Below are positions 13,559-27,577 of a DNA stretch of 64,000 nucleotides, piece by piece. A program made the position numbers and the translations under genes. The DNA comes from Octopus vulgaris. Taxonomy: Eukaryota. The notes beneath the pieces were generated by a model that saw only the letters and a program-made list of their open reading frames with translations, had not been told where the DNA came from and searched no databases. Position 1 is the first letter of the stretch; each line of letters opens with the position of its first letter. The DNA is taken from contig OX597827.1 in assembly GCA_951406725.2 (NCBI GenBank), positions 26,350,001 through 26,414,000 of the forward strand, given 5' to 3'.

Positions 13559-14497
13559 TATATAGGTATATATGTATGTATGTATGTGTATTTATATATA
13601 CACACTGATGTACGCTTATATTTCCATCATTTTTCTTTCATATCATCTTGTTGCCGTTCTGTACATTACACATATATTAATTGTTGATTTCATTCGAATA
13701 CTACGTTATTATATTTATTTCAGCGCAATAGCAGCCATAAAACAAATTGCTCTTCTCTCGCTTTTTTTAAAATTTTATTTTATTTTCCTTACCAAACATA
13801 TTTTATCGCAGGACACTTACCTTACTCTATCTGTCTCTTTATCAGTTTTGTTCGTATGCATCCCACTAGAACACTACTATTAATTGTTCAATTTTCTCTA
13901 TGGCTATTTCAGGGATGGACGAGCAATTTGTTTTGTTCGGAAAAACAAGCAGTGTCTACATAAAATATTTCATATGTTGAGCAAAAAAATATTTAACTGT
14001 TAATCACCAAAACATTATGGTTGTCTATAACGAACTTACACGTCAAGCTATAGCGAACACATACAGAGCTATAAAATAAAGATTAGGATGAAAATAAATG
14101 TAGACCTTGCTCTATAACAATTCGGATATCGATCCGTTGATCTGCTACACAACACTCAACATACGTATACACGTATGTAAGTGTATATATATAAACATAA
14201 ATACATATGTGTGCGTGGGTCTGGGTGTGTGTGATGTGTGTTTGTGCGTGTTTGTGTTTAGGTCCACGTGTCTTTGTGTGTACGTGTGTATATATTAATC
14301 TGTACTCGAGTATGTGTGTATAGTTATATATACGTACATATGTATGTATATTTATGTTTGTATATATATATATACATATATATACATATATATACATATA
14401 CTAATACAACTATATGCATGTGAATATAAACATATATATATATATATATATATATCGTATATATACATATATATATATATATGTACATAAATATACG

Positions 14498-14591
<94 letters not shown>

Positions 14592-16407
14592 GCGAATATA
14601 AAGACCATCAAACATGAAATTGACAGATCACCCAATATTTTTTCAGTAGAGTACCATATTTTATTTTCTTAAGAAATATGACAGTTACTTCGACGTGTCG
14701 TCTATGTAATTCCTTATGTGTGTATGTGTGTCTGTGTTTGTGTGTGTGCGTGTGTGTATGTGTGTATCTGCATGTGTGTATATATGCGAATATATATATT
14801 TGTATGTGTATGTGTATGCTTACATACGTACAGTTATATATTTTCACGTATACGTACATATGAGTATAAATTATTAATGTAAATAGCAATGATAAACACC
14901 GCTATATGGATATATACGCAGAGTTTGAGATAGATAGGTATATAAAGAGAGACGGATAGAAACAGCAGGAGGGTGGGGGTGGAGAAAGAGAGAGGGAGTG
15001 TGTGAAAGAGAGAGAGAGAGTGGGAGGAAGTACAATTTAATAGTAGATATCAGACTATAAAGCCATTGATATCTGTCTTGAAAACTATTGATATGGATCT
15101 CTTAACAATAGTTCTATGTTATTGTATTGTTATAACTATGGTGGTGAGGGTGGCGCGTTCTATTGGTGAACAGCTATCGCACTTTAAGATACATTATTAC
15201 TGAAATAAAGATATACATCTATAACAAATACACATCTGTCGTAATAAAGATATCAATCAATAAATACATGAATATATTGATCTACATTCATATATATTTT
15301 TATAAGAATTTGCTTTAATGCCTTTCTTTTTTCCTTGCGTTCTCATGTTTTATTTCTTGCTTCATTTACCGGAAATTTTATTTATGTAATCTGACAGCCA
15401 TTATGTGAACAACTTACTTAGGCATCGATCGAAACTGCACAAAGAAGAGGCAACGAAGGGGCTCCTAATTGGCCAATGGACCTGTTAGCAATCACAGATT
15501 GCTTTCTTTAAAACCGAGGGACTCTTGTGTAATGCTATCTTCTCGCGTCTTTTTGAAGGAAGGTGCGGTCATTTCTTAGATATTTTACGTCATAAAGAAG
15601 CCTTTTGATTCGGGCTGACAAGACCAACACAACAAGGAAATCATTCTAAGACCGGATCCTCTTTCTTGCATATTCGACATGATCGAAGTAAGCAAATACT
15701 GCGTTGAAGCCTAAGACTCACAGGGCTGATTATCCGCTTTCTATCGCATATACGTGACAGAAGGCAAACATTTCCTCTGAACGGGACGTCAATCGAATTC
15801 AGTGTTACTGATTTGTAGTTGAACGCACTTGAGCAAGGTTAAAGGGCATGTTAGAAATACTAGTCAAATTTCCTTCAAGTCACACCAGCCATCACGATCG
15901 ACCACCGGCTCTATTAACTAAGGGACAGATTTACTCCTGTGACACATGGGAAGGTTTCCCTTCACCAAATGATACCACATGTGATAAGTGGGCCCCAACA
16001 GAACACATATCACTATAAAGTCAGTAAAAAAAAAACGTTTTAGAAATGCAATCATTTTGCCTCTGCCTCACATGCGCACACAAGCGAAATTGCTTAAGGT
16101 TTCATGACATTGGATTTACAAAGTTTTATGTTCTTTTGTTTTCCATAACACTCCTTTACAATTCCTTATTAATGTTTCCATTGATTATTTATTAGCAGCT
16201 TTCTACTCATCTGACCAAACGATTGTCGTTTTCCGATTCCACACATGTTTATTTGAATTATTGTTTCGTGAATGAATTTGCTTACGCCTTCAATTACCTG
16301 TCCAATGTCGTGATTTCAATTTTCGTCTAAGAAATTAGGCATTGTAAAGGAGGCTGGGAGAATCCCCGCTCCCGAGTATTGCCAAGTGCCTCACCTATAT
16401 ATATACG

Positions 16408-16477
<70 letters not shown>

Positions 16478-16609
16478 TATATATGTATATATATGTATGT
16501 TTATATATATGTATATATATATACACATACTTACAAATATATATATATATATATATGAATATATATGTATGTATATATGTATGTATGTATACATGTATGT
16601 ATTATTTGA

Positions 16610-16750
16610 AATTTATAGAAAAGCAATAACCGAAGACAGGTGTATGAACAACAAACAAGTGTATCAGTTTGACACTGGGGAAAGTGAGAAAGTCTTTTAT
16701 GTTTCGAGCCTAAGCTTTTCAACAGAAAGAAATTATAGAAAATAACCAGA
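16610..16750 (-). mobile_element. PLE-type short repeat with degenerate hammerhead motif
   Basis: Minus strand cttt-ctgttga-aaagc-ttag-gctc-gaaac-at-aaaag; downstream sequence homologous to 11230-11300. Confidence 0.55.
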
Positions 16751-16866
16751 GAATTTTAAAACATTGTTTATTTAGCAACATACGGAGTGTTAAGCAATGG
16801 TGGAGGAACAATCATAGACATAGAAACATACATACACACTCACACATACACACACACACGCATATA

Positions 16867-16931
<65 letters not shown>

Positions 16932-17014
16932 GTACGTATATGTGAATATATATATACACGTACGTATATGTGAATATATACATGTATGTGTTCATGTAAA
17001 TACATTGTGTGTTT

Positions 17015-17053
<39 letters not shown>

Positions 17054-17158
17054 GGACCATAGACACAGGCATACAGTGTAAGAAAGTGGTGTCGTAGCGA
17101 TACATTTTCACAGTGAGTACAAGGTTAATACATTTATGCGAATGCATATTAACATCTG

Positions 17159-17265
<107 letters not shown>

Positions 17266-18470
17266 GGTTAAGCGATCCATTTGCTGTCAACACCCGCTAA
17301 ATGGAGTGCTAGGCATGATTTGGTTGATGATGCGTAGACCTGCGCTGAGACTGCGACATATCCGGCGCTTCAAAGACGACGGTGAACAGGTGTGGTTGCC
17401 GTTTATGCAGCGCGCTTTCCCGCAGGTCGAACTGTAGTCGTAGATCAAACAGAGACCGAGGTTAGGCGAATGACACCGCAAGTGCCGCAAGTGCCGCCTT
17501 GCTCTCAAGCAACTCTGCCGTCCGGGACCAAACTTGCGCGACTTCAGTCCCACAAAGACGTTCTATAGAGGATTAGTGGAGGAGAGGTGCGACGACGTTC
17601 TCGGGCAGAATCTGGGTGTCGACAAGGAATACCTGACCCGCCTGTTTAGGACAACTTCAGGGTCGGGACATATGGACAATCACCAGAGGTCACTGGCCTA
17701 GCAGTGTTATCGAGAAGCATTACCTGTTCGGGATAAGCTCTACAGGAACGGTTCGAGACACACCGGACCGACATGCCCGAGATGCGGTCAGAGCGACGAA
17801 ACCATTCTCCACGCACTCGTGCAGTGTCCAACCATTGCGGTTCTGTGGGCTTATGCCGAACGGCTGCTGCCACGTGTGGCACGAGTTCGCTTGTCAACCG
17901 AGTCTGTCGTGAAAATTGCTCCGCCACTTCCTTTAACCGGGAAGGCAAGGCAGTCTTTATCGTAGTGGTGACCATGGTGAAAGAATGTGATGGTGGACAC
18001 GAGCGAAAGTTTTGGAGACAAACACTTACCTCTCTGGCCAATTGCTCGCCAACTTTTTCAAGTACCATTTGAAAAAGAAGGTGAGAATAGAGAGCTAAGT
18101 TTTGTCTTGTGAAAGTTTCAATAAAAGTTGGGTGAATGTAACAAAGATGGTGCGTGGAAGTGACATAAACACTTTGACCATGATCCTGTAAATGGAAAAG
18201 AGAGAGAGCACTTTGCTCTCATGTTTATTCCCTCTCTACCTGAGGTTACCGTGGTCTTTCCCGTAGGCTTTTCTTTCCACGGATAGACATAATCTTGCTT
18301 TTTACATTTAAAAATTTTTCTGTGATACATGATCCCTTTTGATTTCCTTTTCTCACAATCCCTGTTAAATCGGAATTTTATTTTTCTCCTATTTTTCTAT
18401 TTTCGAAAAGAAAAGCTCTACATTGTAGTTTGTCCCCGCTTTGTTCAGCCCTGTGTGGCTAATAAAGAAA
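17266..18470 (+). mobile_element. L1/Tx1-clade LINE, 5'-truncated ORF2 C-terminus and 3' UTR
   Basis: Plus strand reads EALPVRDKLYRNG...TCPRCGQSDETILHALVQCP..LW (CX2CX8HX4C zf-RVT, 17774-17827) with stops. Ends aataaagaaa. (CTAT)n on both sides. Confidence 0.85.
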
Positions 18471-18471
18471 C

Positions 18472-18896
<425 letters not shown>

Positions 18897-18899
18897 GAT

Positions 18900-19065
18900 A
18901 TATGCGCAGTAGAAACAATACTGTACTCTATAGTTTTTGAAATTATTTTTATAATTTGTATATATTTATTTTGTTATAAACGCAAAACATAACCACGGAA
19001 GAATCAACGTAAGCTTCAGTAATGAGCCGCGATAGATGAACCGCGATATGGCGTGGGATTACTGT
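18900..19065. mobile_element. Tigger/pogo-like terminal fragment
   Basis: gaaccgcgatatggcgtgggattactg followed by TA resembles a Tigger-type right TIR; no left TIR found. Confidence 0.4.
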
Positions 19066-19454
19066 ACATATATAAACATGTGTGTCTATCTGTACCTGCG
19101 TGTATGCTATGCATTATTACGTACATACATATACATCCTATACATAAATATACATAAACACCTTATGAGACTGAGTCTATAATATCACTGTTATATAAGA
19201 AATCAGAAAACACGAAACTCCATTCGCAATCACGATGTAGTTTCATTCCTTTCCCCCACCTCCAACGCTATCGTCTCCAGACATCTATTTTTGATGGAGC
19301 TATATATTAATGGTCTTCGGAAAATATGGATATATTCCAAATTAATCAATACTGGCAATATTTGGGCCCTTAATGACTCGATCCTGTTCTAATCTTGAGA
19401 TTAAAGATAATCAATGGTTTTCCTTTGTTTTTTTTATTTACTTTATGTAAAAGC

Positions 19455-19485
<31 letters not shown>

Positions 19486-19892
19486 CTTCTTCTTCTTCTT
19501 CTTCTTCTTCTTCTTCTTCTTCTTCTTCTTCTTCTCCTTCTTGTTATTATTATTATTATCATTATTCCACGCATTTAACATTAGGCTTAAGTGGTAATAT
19601 ACGTTTTAGTATCTTTAATGTCGCTGATAGTAACTTTGTCGTTGTTGTTTATTTATCAATCACCTTTGTCATTTCTATGTTGTTGTTGTTGTTGTTGTTA
19701 TTTATGTTCTACTTAGTGATGGTTATCAAAACTTCTGTCTTTGATAACTGATAATAAAGTAAAACAAAACAAAACAAAACAAAAAATATCCGCATCAATA
19801 AACGGATACTTAAATTTTTTATAAATTCAACAAGAAAAAAATAATCACCCCCTACTTATACTCATACTACAATTCACATTGCAGTAAATGAT

Positions 19893-19901
19893 ATCATCAT
19901 C

Positions 19902-19963
<62 letters not shown>

Positions 19964-19977
19964 CATCATCATCATCA

Positions 19978-20011
<34 letters not shown>

Positions 20012-20195
20012 CATCATCATCATCATTATTATTGTTATTATTATCATCATCATCATCATTATTATTATTATCATTATTATTATTATCATCATTATTATTA
20101 TTATCATTATTATTATTATCATCATTATTATTATCATTGTTGTCGTCGTCGTCCTCCTCCTCCTCCCCGTCATCATCATCATCATTATCATCATT
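19893..20195. repeat. compound (ATT)n/(ATC)n microsatellite
   Basis: Direct inspection. Confidence 0.95.
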
Positions 20196-20379
20196 ACTGT
20201 TATCTTGCGTTTTATTGCGTTCATTTCTTTATCGTGCGTCATAAATTTCTTCCTCAACATACTTTGGAAAATAAAATCGTCCAACAAAATGTTTTGTGAG
20301 ACGACCAATCTAAATTAACCATGTGTTGCTACAATATTATATGTATTTAAAAAAAATTTTTTTCTTGAATTAGCATTGT

Positions 20380-20720
20380 TTAATGAATCTGATCAATTTT
20401 GTCTTCCGGTTGGCTGCTAGAGAGAGGTTAAGACAATTATCGTAGAAACAGCTCTTATTGAAACACAAACACGCGTTGATGGCCATCCTCTTACCTCCAG
20501 ACAATAAGCCTGTCCGGTTCCTTAATGGTATGTCAACTTTGGAATGTCTTTGACTCTTGTAATTTCCTCCCCTTCTCATACAAAGCTGCTCACCATTACG
20601 ATTTGGTAATAGTTACACATCCTCGAGAAGCGGTGAATATTGTATATAATTAATATACCTGTGCTTGTCGACGTTCATATACATGCTACTGGTCACTGTG
20701 AAGAATTTCTCTTGGATCAT
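20380..20720 (-). mobile_element. possible piggyBac-like transposase remnant
   Basis: Minus-strand fragments YMNVDKH (cf. MGGVD) and NACLCFNKSCFYD (cf. C-terminal Cys-rich domain); heavily degraded. Confidence 0.25.
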
Positions 20721-21529
20721 TTTTGGTTAATTACTTCACTCTTAATTTAATGTCACTCTTCGATGAATGTTGCTTCAAAAATTTTATCTCGTGCTTCGGG
20801 CAAATATGAAACTGGATTCCATTAGATGGGAGTGTTTTTGAACCTACGAAGATACACTGTAAAATGGCGATGACGTAGTTAAGCTTCAGGCCTCGGATTT
20901 TTTTCTGTTATTCTTTCTACGAATCTTAAATCATAAAGAAATGTATGGTAATCTTTCGTGCTCGCCTTCGCTGTATTTCCTTTCATTCAAACACAAAACG
21001 AAATAAGCAAATTGTTTGTGTTTTTATGCTAAGATTAATAGAAAGTACGAATGGAAAGTTTTCCAAAGGTAACCTTGAATATGGCATTTTGCTAAATGAA
21101 TAAATAATGACTTGTTGCGATGTAGACCTATTAGCTGATGTCTACAAAACAACAAGAGAGACGAGATCTACTTTAAAAGCAATTCACCTCAGCTGACCTC
21201 GGTTGTTAGGCGGTGTGTGTTACTTCTTGAGTGTCTTTTGAATCAATCTTTACAGATATATAATAGATAATGAATTCAGAATAAAAATAGAGTCGAAATC
21301 CTTTTGTCCTGAAGGTAAGTATTTTTTTTTATTTAATTCTACCCAACATACTTTATTTTATGCAGTCTGCACTCTTTGCTTTCACAAACTGTTTCGTGCT
21401 TTTATCCCGATAAGATTGACAGAATGCACGAATATAAAGGTTCCCAAATATAACCTGGAATACGGTAGTATGCTGAAAGAATGAATAACTACTTGAGGGA
21501 ACTGACCTTTTCACTGTTGACAACACAAC

Positions 21530-22285
21530 AATATCTTATCCGCTTATTATTGTCTAAATCTACATCAATTTTCATTGGGCAAACTTATAGTAAAATGTCT
21601 GTAGAGAAAAAGAAGGACGTGATGATAAACGGAGATCTGGTCTGATGGGTTCTTTAGAATAAACGCTGATATAAACACTCGAGGATCAGGTGGGGGTTAG
21701 GGTTGACCAAAACAGTATGTTATAAGGCTAGTCTTCAAAACAAAGCTGTTCATGACCCAGCCTGTTACAGACACGGAATGAGTTTTCTTGTTAGGGAAAT
21801 GTGCCATCATGAAAAATGGTTGTGCATTTCATTTGATACACTCTAAACACACTACCGAAAATTTTTTGTTTCCTTAAACATGATACACCTAATAGGGCAT
21901 TATTCAACATATCCTTCAGAGATTGTGATGTTCTTTATAGCGATCCAAACGCTAATCGAGAGATTTCTTTATCATGGTTCATTTTCCAAACAAGAAACCT
22001 ACTCTCTACCTCTATTTCTAATCCCTTGGTGAAAACTACAAACCAAAGATCCGATACAATGGTCATGGACAACATGGGTTTGTGTAATAGTCTTACACTA
22101 CACTACACTGTCCAATAAGTACCACCACCTGATCCTAAGGATATTAAATGAGTTTACTACGCAGCATCCCTTCACATCAGACCTCCGTTTATCTTCCTAG
22201 CCTCATTTATTCCTATAGGTACTATCCTATATATCTTCACTCTGAATAACAGCTATATCACTAGCTTATTCGGATAAAGAATATC
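21530..22285. mobile_element. old MITE-like element with degenerate ~170-bp inverted repeats
   Basis: gataaacggagatctgg...ggatcaggtgg (21620-21695) mirrors ccacctgatcc...cagacctccgtttatc (22120-22195); weaker similarity extends outward. Confidence 0.55.
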
Positions 22286-22319
22286 AGCAAAGCTACGCAT
22301 TCCCTTCATCCTAGACATC

Positions 22320-22750
22320 TGTTACTCTTTTACTCTTTTACTTGCTTCAGTCATGTGATTGTGGCCATGCTGGAGCACCGCCTTTAGTCGAGCAAATCGA
22401 CACCAGGAATTATTCTTTGTAAGTCTAGTACTATCGGTCTCTTACAGGGACGTAAACACACCAGCATCGGTTGTCAAGCGATGTTGGGGGGACAAACACA
22501 GACACACAAACACATACACAGACATACATACATAAATATATATATATATATATATATACTTATATATATATATATATATACATATATACGACCGGCTTCT
22601 TTCAGTTTCCGTCTACCAAATCCATTCACAAGGATTTGGTTGGCCCGAGGCTATAGTAGCAGACACTTGCCCAAGGTGCCACGCAGTGGGACTGAACCCG
22701 GAACCATGTGGTTCGTAAGCAAAGCTACTTACCACACAGCCAATCCTACG
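22320..22750 (-). mobile_element. SINE family B, near full length
   Basis: CORE-like acacttgcccaaggtgccacgcag; tRNA-like head on the minus strand; internal CA/TA tract. Confidence 0.9.
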
Positions 22751-23084
22751 CTTATTAAATTATAAACAGAAAGATAGAAGTGACGTCTTAAATTTTTATT
22801 GACAATACATGATACAGACTATTCTTTAAAGACTCGTACCTTAAGAAAGACAATTACGTTAATCTTTCCTTTTTTCTGCTCCCGTTGTAGACTTTAAACA
22901 CACAACTGAGAGTTCCGGAAGGAAAGCAACAATAAGTAAGAGAAAATTAGTTGCATTAACAGAGTTGTTCCGGATAGTGTATTGTTATTTTAAATTCTAA
23001 ACTTATTTCAACACGTCATGCTTATCCACCTCAACAAACACACGCACTGTTGTATATGCATATAATTGTATGTGTGTATTTTTA

Positions 23085-23138
<54 letters not shown>

Positions 23139-23211
23139 CTATCTATCTGAATCCATCTACACAAGCACACACACAATATATGTAGATACATGGAAGAATA
23201 AACACACATAA

Positions 23212-23273
<62 letters not shown>

Positions 23274-23467
23274 ATATATATATATATATATTGTTATATT
23301 TCGGAATGGTCATATTGCCAGTTTAGCCAATATTTAAACGTACTATATATATATATATTCATGTAGCATATGAGTGTATATATACATGTGTGCGTGTCTG
23401 TATATACCTGCACATAAATGTATGTGTGTGTGTGGGGGGGCATACGTACATCTATACATATACACTT

Positions 23468-23677
23468 TTCTACTGAAGGCACAACGCCCGAAATTAAGTG
23501 GGAGGTGAACTTTCGATTAGATCGACCTCAGTACGTAAATGGTGCTTAATAAATCGACCCCGAAAGGATGCTAGGCAAAGTCGACCCCGGCGGAATTTGA
23601 ACTCAGAACGAAAAGACAAACGAAATACTGCTAAGCATTTCGCCAGGTGTGTTTACGTTTCGGCCATCTCGCCGCCT
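23468..23677 (-). mobile_element. SINE family A
   Basis: Reverse-complement head and core. Confidence 0.85.
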
Positions 23678-23988
23678 TGATTTATACATATATCAACGTA
23701 TCTCTATAAGCAGGAGGTCATTTCAAAAAACAGAAGATCCCTCAGAAGTTAGGGAGTGATCTGAAACCGATTCTGACAGCGCATGCGTAAAGCCGCCTCT
23801 TTTAAGATCGTGGTAGATGTCGACCGAGCTAGCTCGTGGGAATTCATTTAAAATATTTCAAGAAATTGGTGTCAAAATGAAACATTAATTCTATCGAATA
23901 GCGTTTCAGGATGAACACCTGAAAGACTAATTATAAAACGAACTAATTGCTTTAGCAGATCACATACATAAACACACACACACACACG

Positions 23989-24026
<38 letters not shown>

Positions 24027-24050
24027 GGATTATATATATATATGTGTATA

Positions 24051-24106
<56 letters not shown>

Positions 24107-24122
24107 TATACACATACATATA

Positions 24123-24168
<46 letters not shown>

Positions 24169-24325
24169 TCGCCATACTAATATGGCATTCTTATAAATAA
24201 GAATAAAGCTGTCCGCTTATTAGCTCCATGAGGCCATCGCCTTAAGTTAGCTATTTGATACACAAACTGTATCCATATAACCTTCGAACAAGGGAGGTCA
24301 GTCGCTCCACACTACTTGACCGGCA

Positions 24326-24367
24326 GCTACAGACGCGTTTCGGGGTATTGCCCCTTTTCAATGCAGC
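24326..24367 (-). ncRNA. minimal type-I hammerhead ribozyme, inverted copy
   Basis: Exact reverse complement of 24560-24601. Confidence 0.75.
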
Positions 24368-24559
24368 GTAGCCAGCCAGTAGGTGTCGCTTCTGACAATC
24401 TCTGTTCGATGGTTTTATTTACCTAGTTTCGGTGGAATACATCCACTTGTTTTCAATAATAGAAATATTAAAATTACTAAGTCTCTCTAAAAGAGAACAG
24501 CGGCAGCGTTCCCGGAAAATAATAGAGATTGTCAGAAGCGACACCTACTGGCTGGCTAC

Positions 24560-24601
24560 GCTGCATTGAAAAGGGGCAATACCCCGAAACGCGTCTGTAG
24601 C
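24560..24601 (+). ncRNA. minimal type-I hammerhead ribozyme (U3-A8 core variant)
   Basis: GCUGCA-UUGAAAA-GGGG(caaua)CCCC-GAAAC-GC-GUC-UGUAGC: 6-bp stem I, 4-bp stem II, palindromic ACGCGU stem III, GUC cleavage site after 24595. Confidence 0.75.
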
Positions 24602-24828
24602 TGCCGGTCAAGTAGTGTGGAGCGACTGACCTCCCTTGTTCGAAGGTTATATGGATACAGTTTGTGTATCAAATAGCTAACTTAAGGCGATGGCCTCATG
24701 GAGCTAATAAGCGGACAGCTTTATTCTTATTTATAAGAATGCCATATTAGTATGGCGATAACTATTATTTTCCGGGAACGCTGCCGCTGTTCTCTTTTAG
24801 AGAGACTTAGTAATTTTAATATTTCCAT

Positions 24829-24895
<67 letters not shown>

Positions 24896-24929
24896 CAGAA
24901 CTAAATATACGAATATATATAGATAGTGG

Positions 24930-25190
24930 TGTGTAGGCCCATGGCCAAGTGGTTAGAGCAGCAGACTCGTGGTCGAGGGATAGCGGGTTCGAATCTCAGA
25001 CCGGGCGATGTGTGTGTTTATGAGTGAAAACACCTAAGCTCCACGCGGCTCCGGCAGAAGGTAATCGCGAACTTCTTCTGAATCTTCCGCCACAGCTTTC
25101 TCTCACTCATTCCTCCTGCATCTTGCAGCTCATCTGCGACGAACCGGCGTCCTAATGAACCAGGCGTGGCTTGAGAAGGAACAAACAAGT
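24930..25190 (+). mobile_element. tRNA-derived SINE, family D
   Basis: A box tggccaagtgg, B box ggttcgaatct; homologous to 44670-44945; ctgcgacgaaccggcgtcc resembles a V-SINE-type domain. Confidence 0.8.
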
Positions 25191-25663
25191 GGTGGAAGCA
25201 GGGCGAGATTAAATAGATTATGGGAATAGTTAGCAAGATATATAGATACCTATAGTTTCAGAAACAAGAAATTTGAACCCAATAATATTCGTTGTCTCGA
25301 AATCTTATTTGCAAACACAATACTGTCGCACTGCTTTCTAGGTTCAACATTTAATCAAGAATTTTTCTCAAATATTCGCACAGCGGCTTTTGGAGTGTCT
25401 ATCGAAAAGTGCGATTTACAAATCCATCGCCAGAGTTTCGAAACACTTGAAATATTCTAGATCGAGTAGTTTCGGCAGCGGGTGTTGCAGTGCATTGTGT
25501 TTTGCAGCAGCACAACATGATTGCAAGTCCAGTATGCCTAAGTTTTTTTCTAATAATTCCTTGCCGTTTGTGATTATACATACATACACATACATGCACA
25601 CATACATGCGCACACACACACGCACACGCACACACACACACATACGCACACACACACACACAC

Positions 25664-25700
<37 letters not shown>

Positions 25701-25917
25701 TGATATATTCGTCTCTTTCGTCTGATATCGATTAAAACTTCTAATAAGCGATATCTTAAAAGAGATGTTTTATTTGAGTGGCTACGAATGTGTATGTGTG
25801 TATAAAATACATTATATATGTATATTTATATACATGTACAATATATATATATATATATATATATATACGTAAACATACATATATATATAAATATTTGTGT
25901 ATATATACATATATAAA

Positions 25918-25967
<50 letters not shown>

Positions 25968-26009
25968 TATGCATATACATACATATATATGTGTGTGTGT
26001 ATGTGTGTG

Positions 26010-26077
<68 letters not shown>

Positions 26078-26305
26078 CAATTATCAGAGCCGCAATGTGA
26101 CTTATTGATATCCAATGTAATAGAAATAATAGAGATCGCGTTTAATATCCTTGGCTGTCCATTAAATAGACACTAAAATGTTTCGACAAAGTATGTTTTC
26201 GGTGTTGTTGTTGTTATTTTGTTTTCTTTCTTTTTATCGTTATGAAATCAAATTCTACAGATATAGAATGTGAGTATATGCGTTTGTGCGAGAGTATACA
26301 TATAC

Positions 26306-26339
<34 letters not shown>

Positions 26340-26412
26340 ATATACATACATACACATATATATATATACATACATATATACATATATATAATACATATAC
26401 ATACATATATAT

Positions 26413-26513
26413 ACACACACATATATATTTATAGATATATATACAGAAATATTTATAAGTATATATATGTATATATATCTGTATATATATATGTACATAT
26501 ACATACACACACA

Positions 26514-26567
<54 letters not shown>

Positions 26568-26748
26568 CTTCTGTGTGTATGTATCTATATATGTATGTAT
26601 GAATGGATAGATGGATGGATGGATATATATATATATATGCGTGTGTGTGTATGTATATGTACATATATATATACAGATATATATACATATATATATATAC
26701 TTATAAATATTTCTGTATATATATTTATAAATATATATGTGTGTGTGT
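26413..26748. repeat. fold-back inverted repeat (~110-bp arms) in low-complexity DNA
   Basis: cagaaatatttataagtata...ctgtata...gtacatatacatacacacacacgc is mirrored at 26633-26748. Confidence 0.85.
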
Positions 26749-27381
26749 TTATATATATATGCACATATAATGTATATACTTTGTTAATTACATACGTATA
26801 TGTTATGCATATTCATACTTATATTATATATTGTCCATATAATGTGTATATAATATATATAACCACGTATGTACGTCTCTGTGTACCTGTGTTGGTGAAA
26901 ACGAGTGAATATGTGTTTTCTAATGTCTCCTCTTATCGAAGCTTCTATTTATGTTTTACAAATATCTTTCCTACAAATGCTATTAACTATTAACTATTAT
27001 GAATTCATAGAACACTGCTTTATTTCAGTTTTATCTCCCTCTAACTTTCACTCCCTCACCTTCACCCCGTCCTTCTTCTTATCTCACCCTATCGCACTCT
27101 TACCCTCTGTTTCTCTGTCTCTCTCTCTCTCTCGCTGTTTCTCTCTAACTTTATCTCTGTTTCTATCGATTTCTATCCCTCCCACACACACACTTCTGTA
27201 CTACTTGTCTTGTTGCTATCTATGCTTATTGATTTATCGACCCGCCGAGTTCATCGTATATAATTGAACACTGCGATCACATTACATGCAAAGCAGTCGT
27301 GCGGTTTTGTACTGTTTATTTTTTGTTGGTTTATTATTATTTTCTTCTCTTGTTTATGACTAGAAAAAATCTATATATACA

Positions 27382-27502
<121 letters not shown>

Positions 27503-27533
27503 GTATATATATACATATATATATATATCTATA

Positions 27534-27577
<44 letters not shown>

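Larger units (their letters stand above)
24162..24831. mobile_element. young PLE/retrozyme-like element: head-to-head, circularly permuted ~360-nt unit in (TA)n
   Basis: 242-bp inverted repeat with no mismatch seen (24162-24403 / 24524-24765), plus a 70-bp inverted repeat with one mismatch (24456-24525 / 24762-24831). Confidence 0.85.

Noticed and set aside
24930-25010. tRNA gene
   Set aside because: A/B boxes continue into a SINE body shared with 44670; no complete cloverleaf or terminator.
25330-25575. Protein-like minus-strand stretch (NGKELLEKNLGILDL...)
   Set aside because: Stops follow immediately and no family motif was recognised; possibly old transposon debris.
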